From Eledone cirrhosa (taxonomy: Eukaryota), in NCBI GenBank assembly GCA_964016885.1, contig OZ024741.1, forward strand, positions 23,498,001-23,562,000: DNA of 64,000 bases, written 5' to 3'. A model generated the notes under the pieces. That model was given only the letters and a program-made list of their open reading frames with translations. It searched no databases and was not told the DNA's origin. Position numbers and translations under genes: made by a program. Shown in pieces: positions 42,314 through 55,200 of this stretch (the first letter of the stretch is position 1; each line of letters starts with the position of its first letter).

Positions 42314-45200
42314 ATGCTCCCAAATAATTGTGCGTTCTTTATAACTGACACGTTTTCCCAAGCTCGATGTCTTGTGGATACAGGCGCTGCTTGCAGCATA
42401 TGGCTGCTAAAACTTCTCAAAGAGAAGCCGCCAGTTTCATCCATTTCTCTGCAAGCCGTAAATCATTCTCCTATCTCCACGTATGGTCAAATTTCTCGTT
42501 CTTTGAACCTGGAATTGCAAAGAGACTTCACGTGGATTTTCACGGTCGCTGATTTGCCTACCCTATTCTAGGCTTGGATTTCCTGCACCACTATAACCTC
42601 TTACTGGATATGCGCAGACGACGGTTGTTGGATGCTAATACGGAACTCTCCGTTCCGGGTTTGAAATCTACTGTCTCATCTATCAGCCCGGTATTCTTCA
42701 TCGCCGCTTCAGAGGACCCTTTCCAGTCGCTTTTAAATTCCTTCCTGGAATTGACAAATTTTAATTTTGTGCTGAGCAAGCCTACTCCCTCCACAAAACA
42801 TTATATCGAAACTTCTGGCGCTCCTGTATTTTCTCACCCTCGCCGCCTCCCTGCAGAGAAATTGAAAGCAGCAAAGGCTGAATTTAACCACATGCTACAG
42901 CTGGGGATCATACACCCATCCTCAAGTCCGTGGGCCACTCCTTTGCATTTGGTTCCGAAGCGTTCCGGTGATTGGCGTCCCACTGGGGACTTTCGCCGGT
43001 TAAACGCGATGACGGTACCCGATGGCTACCCGATCCCACACATACAAGATTTCGCGTCTTCGCTTCATGGATGTAAGAGATTCTCCAAATTGGATTTGGT
43101 CAAGGCTTACCACCAGATTCCAATGAACCCGGCAGATATACCTAAAACTGCCATAACAACTCCTTTCGGAGCGTTCGAATTTCTGACTATGCCTTTCGGT
43201 TTGCGAAACGCAGCCAGTACTTTCCAATGTTTCATGGATGAAGTTGTGCGAGATTTTGACTTCGTGTATAACTACATTGATGACATTCTCGTAGCAAGTG
43301 CCTCACCCGAGGAACATGTCACTCACCTCCGTCTACTGTTTGAGCGGTTTCAGCCCGGCGAAATGTGTTTTCGGTGCGTCTTCACTTGTCTTCTTGGGCC
43401 ATGTTATCAGCCCTGAGGGAATCTTACCACTGCCTGACAAGGTGAAAGCTCTGCAAGACCTTCAACCACCCACTTCACTTCGCCAGCTACGACATTTCCT
43501 TGGTCTGTTGAACTACTACAGACGTTTTATCCCACACTGTGCGGATCTCCTGTCTCCTTTATCCGACCTGTTACGTAACAGGAAAAGGAAAAATGAATCC
43601 ATCACACTGGACACGAGTCAGCTAAAAGCCTTCAACGAAGTGAAGCAGAAACTCGCGGAGACATCACTGCTTGTACATCCTATGTCTGGTGTCCAGTTTT
43701 CACTGGTCGTTGATGCATCGGGCACAGCTGTAGGTGCAGTTTTGCAACAGCATCACTAACAACAACTACAACCTCTCGCGTACTTCTCGAGACTACTGAA
43801 ACCGGCAGAGACACGATATAGCACGTTCGGCCGTGAACTCCTGGCTATGTACCTCGTAGTGAAACACTTTCGACATTCACTGGAGGGTCGTCAATTTGTG
43901 ATCTACACTGATCATCGTCTGCTTACGTTCGCACTGCGTTCTAAGCCGGATAAATATTCACCTCGCGAAACTCATTTGGACTTTGTTTCGCAATTTACCA
44001 GCGATATCCGACACATCTCCGGTGAGCAGAGTGCGGCGGCAGATGCCTTGTCTCGCCTCCCAATCAATTCCCTGTCATCACCTTCGGATATTGACCTTCA
44101 ACGGATGGCCACAGATCAGCCACCCCTGGACACCTTGGATCTTTCGTCTCCTGAATTTGCAACTGGCAAATTTTTATATCAACCTGTGCCCACTTCGGAC
44201 ACACAGATTATTTGTGACACCTCGACGAATTCACCTCGTCCTCTAGTTCCAGCGACTCATCGTCATGCAGTTTTCGAGACCTTGCACGGTCTAGCACACC
44301 CTGGCATGTCGACCACAGTGAAGCTCATTTCAGTTAGATACTTCTGGCCGAATATGAGGCGTGACATCACTGTCTGGACACGTTCCTGCTTGTCCTGCCA
44401 GAAGTCAAAGGTGCACAAACAAATACTCGCACCCCTCGGAACTTTCAGCACTCCAGACGCTCGGTTCAGTCATGTCCATATAGATCTCGTTGGGCCATGG
44501 CCGGTCAGCCAAGGATTTACCTATCTCCTGACCTGTATTGATCGCTTCACACGTTGGCCTGAAGCCATTCCTTTAAGTGACATTTCGGCGGAATCTGTAT
44601 CGCGAGCTCTAGTATCGGGTTGGATATCGTGTTACGGAGTTCCAACCACTGTCACCACGGACCGTGGTGGACAGTTTGAGTCCCATCTCTTCCGAGAACT
44701 TTCAAGGATCCTGGGAATTAAGTGCATCCAAACGACTAGCTACCATCCAGCTTCGAACAGAATGATAGAGCGCTTCCACCGCCAATTGAAAGCCGCATTG
44801 CACGCTTATCCGGATCAACAACAATGGAGCGAGTATGTACCAATTGTCCTTCTTGGCTGTCGTGCAGCTATCAGGGAGGATCTAGGATACTCCCCAGCTG
44901 AACTGGTTTACGGAGTACCTATATCTTTGCCGGGTCAGATGTTGACCCCAATGGATTTACCTGAAACAGATCCAGCTCTGTATGTGAACAGACTGCGATC
45001 CTATTTTGGCAATCTTCGGCAACAGACATTGCTTCGTGGACCCACGTCTTTCTATGGAAGGATGCCGTGAGAGCTCCTCTCACGTCACCTTATACCGGTC
45101 CTTATTGTGTGCTTGCACGCACAGATAAACTGTTCACTCTGGACATTGGTGGCAAAAAAGAGACTGTATCCATCGATAGGGTGAAACGGGCCTTTACAGA
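42314..45200 (+). pseudogene. pol: Gypsy pol (aspartic protease, RT, RNase H, integrase) with stops and frameshifts
   Basis: LVDTGA; [34 protein letters not shown]; VDASGTAVGAVL, YTDH; H-x3-H..C-x2-[22 protein letters not shown]; PYTGPY. These are split over ORFs 42314, 42574, 43298, 43847 and 45067. Confidence 0.95.
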
Positions 45201-45639
45201 CACTCATACAAGAGCCCCATATTCCCCCTACATATACTCTACATCAGCCAACACACGCTACACATGCAACATTGCACACACCTTCTACACCTACATATGT
45301 CACCACCACACGTAGTGGTCGCCGAGTACATTGGCCCAAGAAGCTTTGCAAGACTATATATATGAACTATGTTATATAGAGCAAACTTTTTGAGTTCTTG
45401 TCCTCTCTTGTATTTATATTAAATGCATTAATTAATGTGAACTTTGGACTATTTCTGCTGCTCAGTTTTTTTTTTATGTTCCTCTTTTTCTCTGAAGCAA
45501 AACGCAGACATTCCTGTGAAATGAATATTTAGTTTTCTGTGAATTGATATTGCTTATTATATATTTACTGTTATATTTTTTTTTCTTTCTTGCAACTGCT
45601 ACCCTTTTTTCTCTGTCGGCTTTAAGCCTAAGCAGGGGG

Positions 45640-45940
45640 TGATGTAGCAGTAATATATATCCTTTGTAATTAAATGTATTTTCCTTCGGCGAAAGAAAAA
45701 TGTTACGGAAGTAAATTGGCTGAAGTGTGAGCCAATCAAAACCTTCGGCGTAGCGATACAAGTAACTGGACTACTTAGACCAGAGAACGGAAGTTAAGAC
45801 AGAAGACCAGTCTCCAGAAAAATCTGCTATCATCAAAACGTTGATTCTTCGATACGCCATATCCTGTCATATCTCACACATGGAAATACAGGCAAAACAA
45901 CTTTCACAGTGTGAAGCAAGAATAAACGAAGTACATACTT
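45640..45940 (+). repeat. Putative single (3') LTR
   Basis: TGATGTAGCAG directly after the polypurine tract, and AATAAA at 45921. No partner LTR is in the window, so the end is not verifiable. Confidence 0.45.
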
Positions 45941-46261
45941 GTAATGGAGTTTGTCTATTTAATGCTTTCTGATCTAACGACTTACATTCTTCATTATAGT
46001 TTTCCATGCTGGTATGGGTTAGACTGGTTGTCATGGTCTAAGACTAGACAAGTAGGAGGAACACATCTTGCCCTTGGTCTCTCTAGATGGATGTCCTTCC
46101 TAATGTCAACCACTTTACAGAATGTACTGTTGGCATAATAGCATGGCACCACTTTGCAAAGTGTATTGGGTGCATTTTATTGAGGCATAAACTATAAATG
46201 GTATAGCTGAACCATATTACGGATAAAGTCTGCCAAAGGAAATATAGCTATGGCATGAGTC

Positions 46262-47195
46262 AGCATCATCATCACTGTTTAACATTCTAGCATGGGTTAG
46301 ATGGGTTACTCTTTTACCTGTTCCAGCCATCCGGCTGAGGCCATGCTGGGGCACCACCCCTGCGATGTCACATGAGACAAGTCAGGTCTGGAGACCATGT
46401 CTTCTTCATAAGGATCTGTATTTAGGCTTGGTTTCTACAACTTGATGCTATTAACCACATTACAGTGTAGACTGGGTGTTTTTTATTGTGGCACCAAAAC
46501 AACCATCTAACAGGGTGGACTGAGTGCTTTTTCAACATGTCACCAGCACAACCACCTTTTGACATAAATTGGGTGCTTTTTTGTTGTATCACCAGTACAA
46601 CCCCCTTATAGTGACACAACTGTGGGAGAGCAGGTATGGAGTGTGTATACCTTTCCATGTTTGTATGCATAGGTTGGATAGGAGGGGGTGAAACATGTAT
46701 GCAGGCTGAGGATAGGTGAGTATTAAGGTGTATGAGCAGAGGAGGGGAAGATTGGTGCAGACAAGTGTCCTTTAGAAGTGTACATGGGAAGGTGGGTCTT
46801 CTGCAGTACAGTTTGTCACCAGAGGTTTCAATTCTATGTCATCACCTTTGAAAGGTTTTATCACTTCCTCCTAAATTTTCCTGGGTCTTTCGCTTCCATA
46901 GTTTCCTTCAACACCAGACACCCTGCATCTTTTTATACAGCTGTCATCCTCCATACACATCACATCTGTATTACTGCCATCCCCTCTCCAGTACACTGCA
47001 TCTGACGTCTCTTATACCCAGTTTTTCTCTATCATTTATGCTTTGCTGCTCATGCACACTACTATTACACATCTATCCAAGCATGTAAGCTTCATTTCTT
47101 TCCAATCTTCATAGGTCCTCTGCACATATTGCCCAGGTTTCACTTAAATACAACATTACTGTTCGTACCCAAGCTTCATATAGTTTGCTTTCATC
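46262..47195 (-). mobile_element. Old degenerate RTE LINE 3' fragment (another tail remnant at about 45990-46180)
   Basis: (CAT)n..CTAGCATGGGTTAGA tail, decayed 48-bp units at 46455-46610, and a decayed match to the RTE C-terminal coding region at 46840-47190. Confidence 0.75.
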
Positions 47196-47566
47196 ACATA
47201 CTCAGAGAATTGCAGTAGTGGTTGAAGTGGCGGCATTATCAGTAGGGGTATTGGTTCCTGGAGGTGGCAGTAAGGAGGGCAAAGACTACTTTTGTTTTTA
47301 TTGAACTAAAATATACGTTTCTTCTAGCCATAGAAGATAGCAAATCTCACACACTCATCTACACTTGTCATTACAAAGGATGTCCGCACTCAATGCTGCC
47401 TATGTACCAAGAGGAAGAGAGACAGCCCAAACTTCTGGTGTGATGTCACTGGCCCCTCACTTCCAGCAAGACCTCCCTTGCACCTCCAGTACTCTAGCCC
47501 TACATAAATCCTCAATTACTGAACACACTCTTTGGTATAAAACTTAACTGGTGCTTTTGTTAGGGT

Positions 47567-50099
47567 AGTTAAAGATATTTTACTCAACGCCTACGACAGT
47601 AAAGAAGAACAGATAGAGACATTTAACGTAGAAGAGAACTGGGAGTTCCTAAAAAATAACTTACTAGAGGCGACGGATGAGGTTTGTGGCTGGAGTAAGA
47701 CCTCAAGCAGGAGGAGAGTGACTTGGTGGTGGAACAATAAGGTAGATGAAGCAGTCAAGGCCAAGAGACAGGCATGGAAAGAATGGAAGAACGGGGGGAG
47801 CAGGGTACATTACATAGAGACCAAGAGGGAAGCTAGGCGACAAGTATACTTAGCTAGGAGGGAAGCAGAGGATAGAAAATTCAAGCATGTTTTACAACGT
47901 GAGGACCAGAAACAGGAGGTATTCAAGATTGCGAGGCAGTGTGTCAGAGATAGTTGTGATGTCATTGGAGAGAAGTGTATCCGGAATGATAAAGGTGAGC
48001 TTGCCCTCACAAGTGCTGAGAAGAAAGATGCATGGAAGAGTCATTATGATAGATTACTAAATGAGGAGAATGCATGGGAAGAAGAGACCCTACCCCACGT
48101 AGACCCTATAGAGGGACCAGCAGTACAAGTCAGCGGCAGCGTAGTAAGTAAGGCAATCAGAGATATGAAGATAGGGAAGGCAACCGGTCCATCGGGTATA
48201 GCTGCCGAGATGCTGAAGGCATCTGGGTCTGTAGGTCACACTATAACCACACGTATCGTTAACCAGGTAATACTAGAGGGGGCCATACCAAAAGATTGGT
48301 GCAGTAGCATCATTGTCAACTGCTACAAAGGTAAAGGCGATGCACTAGATAGAGGAAACTATAGAGGTATAAAGTTGATGGACCAGGTCATGAAAGTAAC
48401 AGAAAGAGTTATAGCACAGCTGATTAGGGACCGGGTGAATATAGACGAGATGCAATTTGGGTTTGTTCCAGGGAAAGGCACCACTGATGCGCTCTTCCTT
48501 GTGAGGCAATTACAGGAAAAGTACCTAGCTAAAAGTAAGCCACTCTACTTGGCATTTGTCGACCTTGAGAAAGCCTTTGACAGAGTTCCACGTGCAGTAA
48601 TCTGGTGGGCTCTTAGAAAACTAGGAGTAGATGAATGGCTTGTGAAAGCGGTACAAGCCATGTATAGGGGAGCAGTCAGCAAAGTTAGGATTGGCAATGA
48701 GTATAGCGAGGAATTTAGCGTACAGGTTGGGGTCCACCAGGGCTCTGTTCTTAGCCCTCTCCTGTTCATCATAGTCCTGCAGGCAATAACGGAGGAGTTT
48801 AAGACCGGATGCCCATGGGAACTCCTGTATGCTGATGACCTCGCACTCATAGCTGAATCTATGGTAGAACTAGAGAATAAATTCCAAACCTGGAAGCAGG
48901 GACTAGAGAGAAAGGGCCTCAAAGTCAACATGACAAAGACTAAGGTCCTTATAAGTAGACGAGAAAACAGAACCCAGATCCCCTCAGGGAAATGGCCTTG
49001 CTCAGTATGTAGGAAAGGTGTAGGTAGGAACTCCATTCTTTGCCCCAAATGCAAACAATGGGTACACAAGAGATGTAGCGGGATCTCAGGAAGCTTAATT
49101 AAGAATGTAGGATTCACATGCAGCAGCTGTGCTGAAACAGCAAGCAAACAGCCACAGGAAACAAGTACCACCAATCTCTGGGAGGGCCCTGTAGAAACAG
49201 TAGACAGCTTCTGCTACCTAGGTGACCGAATTAGCAACGGAGGTGGGTGCTCAGAAAGTACAATAACTAGGGTAAGAACGGGATGGAAGAAGTTTAGGGA
49301 ACTACTACCACTGCTAGCTGCAAAAGGCTTCTCCCTCAGAATGAAAGGCAGACTGTATGATGCGTGTATCCGAACAGCGATGTTGCATGGTAGTGAGACC
49401 TGGGCGCTGAAGGTGGAAGACTTACGTAGATTAGAGAGAAACGAAGCCTGCATGCTCCGATGGATGTGTAACAGTAATATACGTGAACGACAAAGCATAA
49501 ATGAATTGAGAGAGAGACTGAGCATAAGAGGAATCAAATGCTGCGTGCAGGAGAGGCGGTTACGCTGGTATGGACATGTGATGCGTATGAAGGATGACAG
49601 CTGCATAAAAAGGTGCAGAGCACTAGAAGTTGATGGAAACCGCGGAGTGGGGAGACCCAAGATGACTTGGGATGAGGTGATAAAAGCCGACCTTACCCAA
49701 CTACACCTCTCAAAGTCAATGACACACGACCGTGACTTCTGGCGTCACGCAGTAATACAGTGTACCCGACCTCCCATGGGTACATGCTGAAGCATATAAA
49801 CAATATGCCCCCCCCCCCCCCACCGCAAGGTGGTCGTGGAGGTGCCACGGCAAAAAAGCACCCAGCCCACACTGTAAAGTGGACGTGTAGGCGCCACGAA
49901 AAAGCACCCAGCACTCACTGTAAATGAGGTTGGTGTTAGGAAGGGCATCCAGCTGTAGAAATCAAGCCAGATCAGTTCCTGTATGAGCAAGGCATGGTCA
50001 GCCGACCAGACACTGCCCACAACAGGACAACCCGTCTAACCCATGCTAGCGTGGAAGAACGGACGTAAAACGGTGATGATGATGATGATGATGAGTTAA
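47567..50099 (+). mobile_element. RTE-clade LINE, 5'-truncated (lacks the APE endonuclease)
   Basis: Open RT frame, a 3'UTR with about 2.5 internal 48-bp units and a (GAT)n tail ending at about 50093. AGTTAA at 47567 and 50094 is a candidate short TSD. Confidence 0.95.
47570..49790 (+). CDS. RTE reverse transcriptase ORF remnant (uninterrupted; no native start)
   Basis: NYRGIKL, QFGF, FVDLEKAFDRV, GVHQGSVLSPLLF, LLYADD, YLG, RLRWYGHV; the frame continues upstream of the ORF-track start (KDILLNAYDSKEE...). Confidence 0.93.
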
Positions 50100-50360
50100 T
50101 ACCAATAAACAAAGGAAACAGGTAAAATTATCACGAAAAACATTGTATATAAGAATGTATTAAATCATTTAATTAAAATGATAATTAATGACATAACGAT
50201 CCAAATGATATTTATTAGGCGTTGAAGCAAAATAAATAAATTCCATTTCTCTTCTCATCTGTCCATGCAAAGATAATAAATTACTTCAATATAATTGTAC
50301 AAATATCTGTTAACAATTACTGTGTATTAGCAACAACTGTGATATTTCCATGGGACCATC

Positions 50361-50491
50361 TTATGATATACCACTCTTCAATAATTGCTGTTGTAACAGT
50401 TTCAACTTGGCATCAATATCTCCAATCTCCAGTGACTTCTCAAGGTCATTCACTTCACATATCTCCAATGACTGATCAATACTATCAACTT
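50361..50491 (-). CDS. Probable terminal exon of a - strand gene (xVDSIDQSLEICEVNDLEKSLEIGDIDAKLKLLQQQLLKSGIS*)
   Basis: TTTTCTTTTCAG acceptor on the minus strand, phase 1, 43 codons ending in TAA, coiled-coil-like composition. Confidence 0.6.
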
Positions 50492-50606
50492 CTGAAAAGA
50501 AAATATTTTTTTTAATCTTTCATAAAACAATGTTGATGATTTACATAATTTTTTTTTTTTTTTTTTTGCATAGTTTCTAGAACTATGAATCAACTGTAAT
50601 AATAGT

Positions 50607-50883
50607 CAAAGAAACTTAATGTCATTAACCTCTTTTGATACAAAACTACCAGTGACCAGTTCTACAATACAAAACTGTTTGTCTAAACGAAAATGTCATT
50701 AACCTCTTTTGATGTGAAACTGCCAGAAACTGGTTCTACAAAGAAAACTGTTTGTTTTAAAGAGTTTATACTTACTAAAAACGTTCCATCATAATTTTAT
50801 TGAAGAAACTTCATGTTCCAAAGTCCAGTTTAACAATGAATAAATTATTGATTTTATGAAATTGTTGTAAACTGATAACCTGG
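50607..50883 (-). repeat. M2 repeat copy with a duplicated end; empty-site paralogue of 38004-41227
   Basis: Colinear with 38004-38036, 38334-38394 and 41102-41227. Confidence 0.8.
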
Positions 50884-51396
50884 CTGAAGGCTCCAGTCAG
50901 ACATGACAGCAACTGTAGTAGATGTATATCATTGTAAGTAAATGGAGCAGAGGTTTTGGTGAATTAAATATTTGTTTGTTTTTGTATGGTGTAATTCCTT
51001 TATTGGTTAACTAATTATGCAATCTGCACCTGATGGTGTCACCAGGATCTTAAGTAACCTGGACATTGAAATACATATGTTTTTGCAACAATAAAACTTT
51101 AAAGGAACATCATCAGTCCAGCCTCCTGTTATTTTAATCAAACCAATATTTAACTCTTTTCCTGCACCAACCACAAGATTCAACATCAACCATGGATGAG
51201 TTGTGTAACGTAGAGTGCTTTTCCTACTATTAGATCATGGTTAATAAATGGAATGACCAGTTCTATCCAGTTCTAACCACTAAACATAAATGAATGTATA
51301 TATATATATTGTTCAGAAGAGATTGTTTTGGTAAAAACAGGAGCAAGCAGGAGAAAGCTCTCAACAATCATAGTTTTTAGTTACGATGGAGATTTT

Positions 51397-51679
51397 TATA
51401 AAAATAACAAAATAAGATGCTGAGGTTACATATATTGTTTAATCATTATAATTATTTCCACGGTTCTCCATGCAATCGAGAAGTCCTTCATGCATTTGTT
51501 GTTGTTATGAGAACGGTATCCTCAGATGATATCCGATATGTTTGATATGTCGCTGGCAGGAAAAAACACACGTCCTATTGCTTATGTGCCGTTGGGCACA
51601 CAAGCAATAGGGTGTGAACATAATTATAATGATTAAACGATCTATGTAACCTCAGCATCTTCTTTTGTTATTTTTTATA
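51397..51679. mobile_element. About 283-bp fold-back MITE with about 59-bp TIRs and TA ends
   Basis: 51397-51455 is the near-perfect reverse complement of 51620-51679; there is an internal hairpin at 51574-51611. Confidence 0.85.
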
Positions 51680-51896
51680 TATACACACCATATATATACT
51701 CAAATATAAGCTGATATCCCTATTTTATGTCTAAGAAATGGGCAAAAATCCAAATCCCGTTTATAACATATTACAGAATGGACTTGAAATTCTCATGACT
51801 GGAGAAAATATTTGCAGAGTTTTAATATTTTGATATTTAAAATGTTTTAAGTGTCATTCCCTAACTCTAATCCATCAATTTTCCTGAAGGGTTTAA

Positions 51897-52110
51897 GTGA
51901 AAGTGACACAGAGAAGACTGAGGTTAGCTGGACATGCTCACAGACATTCAGAGTTGACACTGCACTCTGTGGTCCTGTGGGAGCTCCTACATGGACACAC
52001 TAGAAGAGGGAGACTGAGGTTGACATATATTGATGCCATAAGTACAGACATTGGTCTCTGGGAGACACAGGTCATGGCAGTGATGATCAAGGACAGAGAC
52101 TGCTGAAGAG
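51897..52110 (+). mobile_element. Degenerate 3' end of a different LINE family
   Basis: RRLRLAGHAHRH...RRGRLRLTYID...DRD resembles the RTE/RTE-X C-terminal motif. Confidence 0.6.
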
Positions 52111-52297
52111 AACTCGTCCATGGATCTCGGGAATTTTACCCGCCCTATATATATATATATGTGTAAAAAGTAAATGTGAAAAAGCACAGAAGTATATTTA
52201 GAGATTATTTTGTCTTTAATCAGACAGAATGAATATTTTTATAATTGTTTCATTAAATGGATTTAGATTTTGTCAAATGTTACCGGTTTCGATTGGT

Positions 52298-55200
52298 ATC
52301 ATCATCATCATCATCATCACCGTTTAACGTCCGTGTTCCACGCTTGCATGGGTTTGGACGGGGGTAGTCCCACTTGAGGCAAGAGTGATTGTCTTGCTCG
52401 CATAGGACTGTCTGTCAGGTTTTCTACAGTTGGATGCCCTTCCTAACACCAACCACATTTACAGTGTGGGGCTGGGAGGTTTTTACCGTGTTGCCTACAC
52501 GGCCACATTACAGCGTGGACTGTGTGTTTTTTTTTGTCGTGACACCTACACGATCTCATTTGTTTCGGCCTGGATGGTGTGGCACCAACACAACTTTACA
52601 TAGAACGGGGTGGCGTGGTGGGACGGGGGGGGGGGGGTATTTTGTTAGATGCCTACTGGCTGTAGTAGGTTTTACTTTGTATTTAGGTAAGGCGGGTCTT
52701 CTCTGTTACTGAGTACCGTCAAAGGTCTCGGTCCAGTGACATTGTCTTGGAGAGGTGTAAGTGTGTGAGGTCGGAGTTTATCAGCTCGTCCCAGGTTTTT
52801 CTAGGTCTGCCTATTCCGTGGCTACCGTCTATCTTTATTGCCCTGCACTTTGTTATACAGCTATCGACTTTCATGCGCATCACGTGTCCATACCAACGTA
52901 GCCTTCTCTCGAGTAAACAACATCTGATCCCTCTTATTTCTAACTTTTTCCTTAGTTCGTTTATGCTTTGCCGTTCACGTATATTACTGTTACACATCCA
53001 GCGGAGCATGCAAGCTTCGTTCCTCTCTAGTCTGCGTATATCCTCTGCACACAATGCCCAGGTCTCACTGCCATGCAACATTGCTGTTCGTATGCAGGCA
53101 TCGTACAACCTGCCTTTCATTTTTAGGGAGAACCCTTTAGCAGCTAATAGTGGTATAAGCTCTCTGAACTTTTTCCAACCAGTTCTGACTCTAGCTACTG
53201 TACTTTCAGAGCACCCTCCCCCACTGCTGATTTTATCACCCAGGTAACGGAAACTGTCCACTATTTCTATAGAACCCTCTGCGCAATTGAAAGAGCTAGT
53301 ATTTAGTGGGCACTTGCTGCTACTTATTGCACCAGAGCACCGGCCACATGTAAAATCTATGTTCTTAGTTAGCTTACCTGTGATCCCACTACATCTTTTA
53401 TGCACCCATACTTTGCATTTAGGACATAAAATGGAGTTTCTACCTACGCCTTTCCTACACACCAAGCACGACCATTTCCCAGAAGGGACCGCCGCCTTAT
53501 TTTCTTTCCTACAAACTAGAACTTTAGTCTTAGCCAGGTTAATTTTAAGGCCTTTTGATTCTAGGCCGTGCTTCCATGTTTGGAATTTCTTCTCTAGCTC
53601 GGCCATTGATTCCGCTATGAGTGTCAGGTCGTCTGCGTATAGGAGTTCCCATGGGCAGCCGGTCTTGAACTCCTCTGTTATAGCCTGAAGGGCAATAATA
53701 AATAGTAGGGGGCTGAGAACAGAGCCCTGATGGACGCCAACTTTTACGCTAAACTCTTCACTATATTCGTTGTTAATTCTAACCTTGCTGACTGTTTCTT
53801 TATACATGGCTTGTATAGCTCTCACAAGCCATTCGTCAACGCCTAGTTTTCTAAGAGCCCACCAGATAATGGAGCGGGGGACTCTGTCGAAGGCTTTCTC
53901 CAAGTCGACAAAAGCTAAGTAGAGGGGTTTACCTTTAGTTAGGTACTTCTCCTGTAGTTGTCGTACAATGAAAAGAGCGTCTGTGGTACTTTTGCCTGAC
54001 ACAAACCCGAACTGCATTTCATCTAGGTCAATTCTCTCTCTGATTAGTTGTGCTATTACTTTTTCCGTGACCTTCATGACCTGGTCGATTAATTTAATGC
54101 CTCTATAGTTACTCCTATCTAGGGCGTCTCCTTTACCCTTATAACAGTTAACGATGATGCTGCTATGCCAGTCCTTCGGAACAACCCCATTCTGTACGAC
54201 TTGGTTAACTATGCGGGTGACCATGGTGTGTCCCACCGTGCCAGATGCCTTCAGCATCTCAGCAACTATTTCCGAAGGCCCAGCCACCTTACCCATCTTC
54301 ATATCCTTGATTACCTTACTTATTATACTCCCCTCGACTAACACTGCTGGTCCCTCTATTGGGTCGATATGGGGGAGACTGTCTTTCTCCCATTTATTCT
54401 CCTCATTTAGTAGCCTTTCATAGTGACACTTCCAAGCTACCTTCTTATCAGCGTCGGTGATGGCAAGTGTGCCATCGTCGTTTAGTACACACTTCTCCTC
54501 GACAATATCACGGTTTTCCTCGACGCATTGCCTAGCAATCCTGAACACCTCACGTTTTTGGTCATCGCGTTGTAGAACATGCTTGAACTTTCTTTCCTCA
54601 GCTTCCCTTCTTGCTAAGTACACTTGTCTCCTAGCTTCCCTCCTGGCCACTTGATAGTCTTCTCTACTTCCCCCATCCCGCCATACTTTCCAAGCCTGCT
54701 TTTTGGCCTTAATTGACCCCTCCACCTTACTGTTCCACCACCATGTTACTCTCCTCCTGCCTACAGGCCTGCTCCAGCCACAGACTTTGTCTGTCGCCAA
54801 CAGCAGGTTTGCTTTCAGAAATTCCCACTCTCCCTCTATATTGTCCGACTCTAAATGTTCTTCCTTACTGTCGAAAGCATCAAGTAATATGCTTTGAAAT
54901 TTATTCCTGGCTGTGGGGTCCTTTAGCTTCCATATTTTTCTCCTGAGGATAGTCCTCTTCTGCTGTCGAGTACGTCTCGTCCTGACTATGAGGTCGCTAA
55001 TTATGAGTCTATGTTGGGAGGTGCATTCTTCATGGGGGAGGGATTTAGTGTTTACAACAGACACTCTGTCACGTCTTCTGGTAAGGATATAATCTACCTG
55101 GCTTGTGTGTTCCCCGGATCTATAGGTGATCAGGTGATTGTCACGTTTTTTGAAGTTAGTGTTACAGATAGTTAGGTTATTTGCATCACAGAATTCCAGG

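Larger units (their letters stand above)
41228..45940 (+). mobile_element. Ty3/Gypsy LTR retrotransposon, 5'-truncated (no 5' LTR or PBS seen), degenerate
   Basis: Domain order is gag - protease - RT - RNase H - integrase, followed by a purine tract (AAGCAGGGGG) and a TG-starting putative 3' LTR. The right boundary is uncertain. Confidence 0.92.

Noticed and set aside
41227-42327. Cys-rich metallothionein/keratin-like ORF and the minus-strand repeat ORFs
   Set aside because: Alternative frames of the 51-bp repeat in Gypsy gag.
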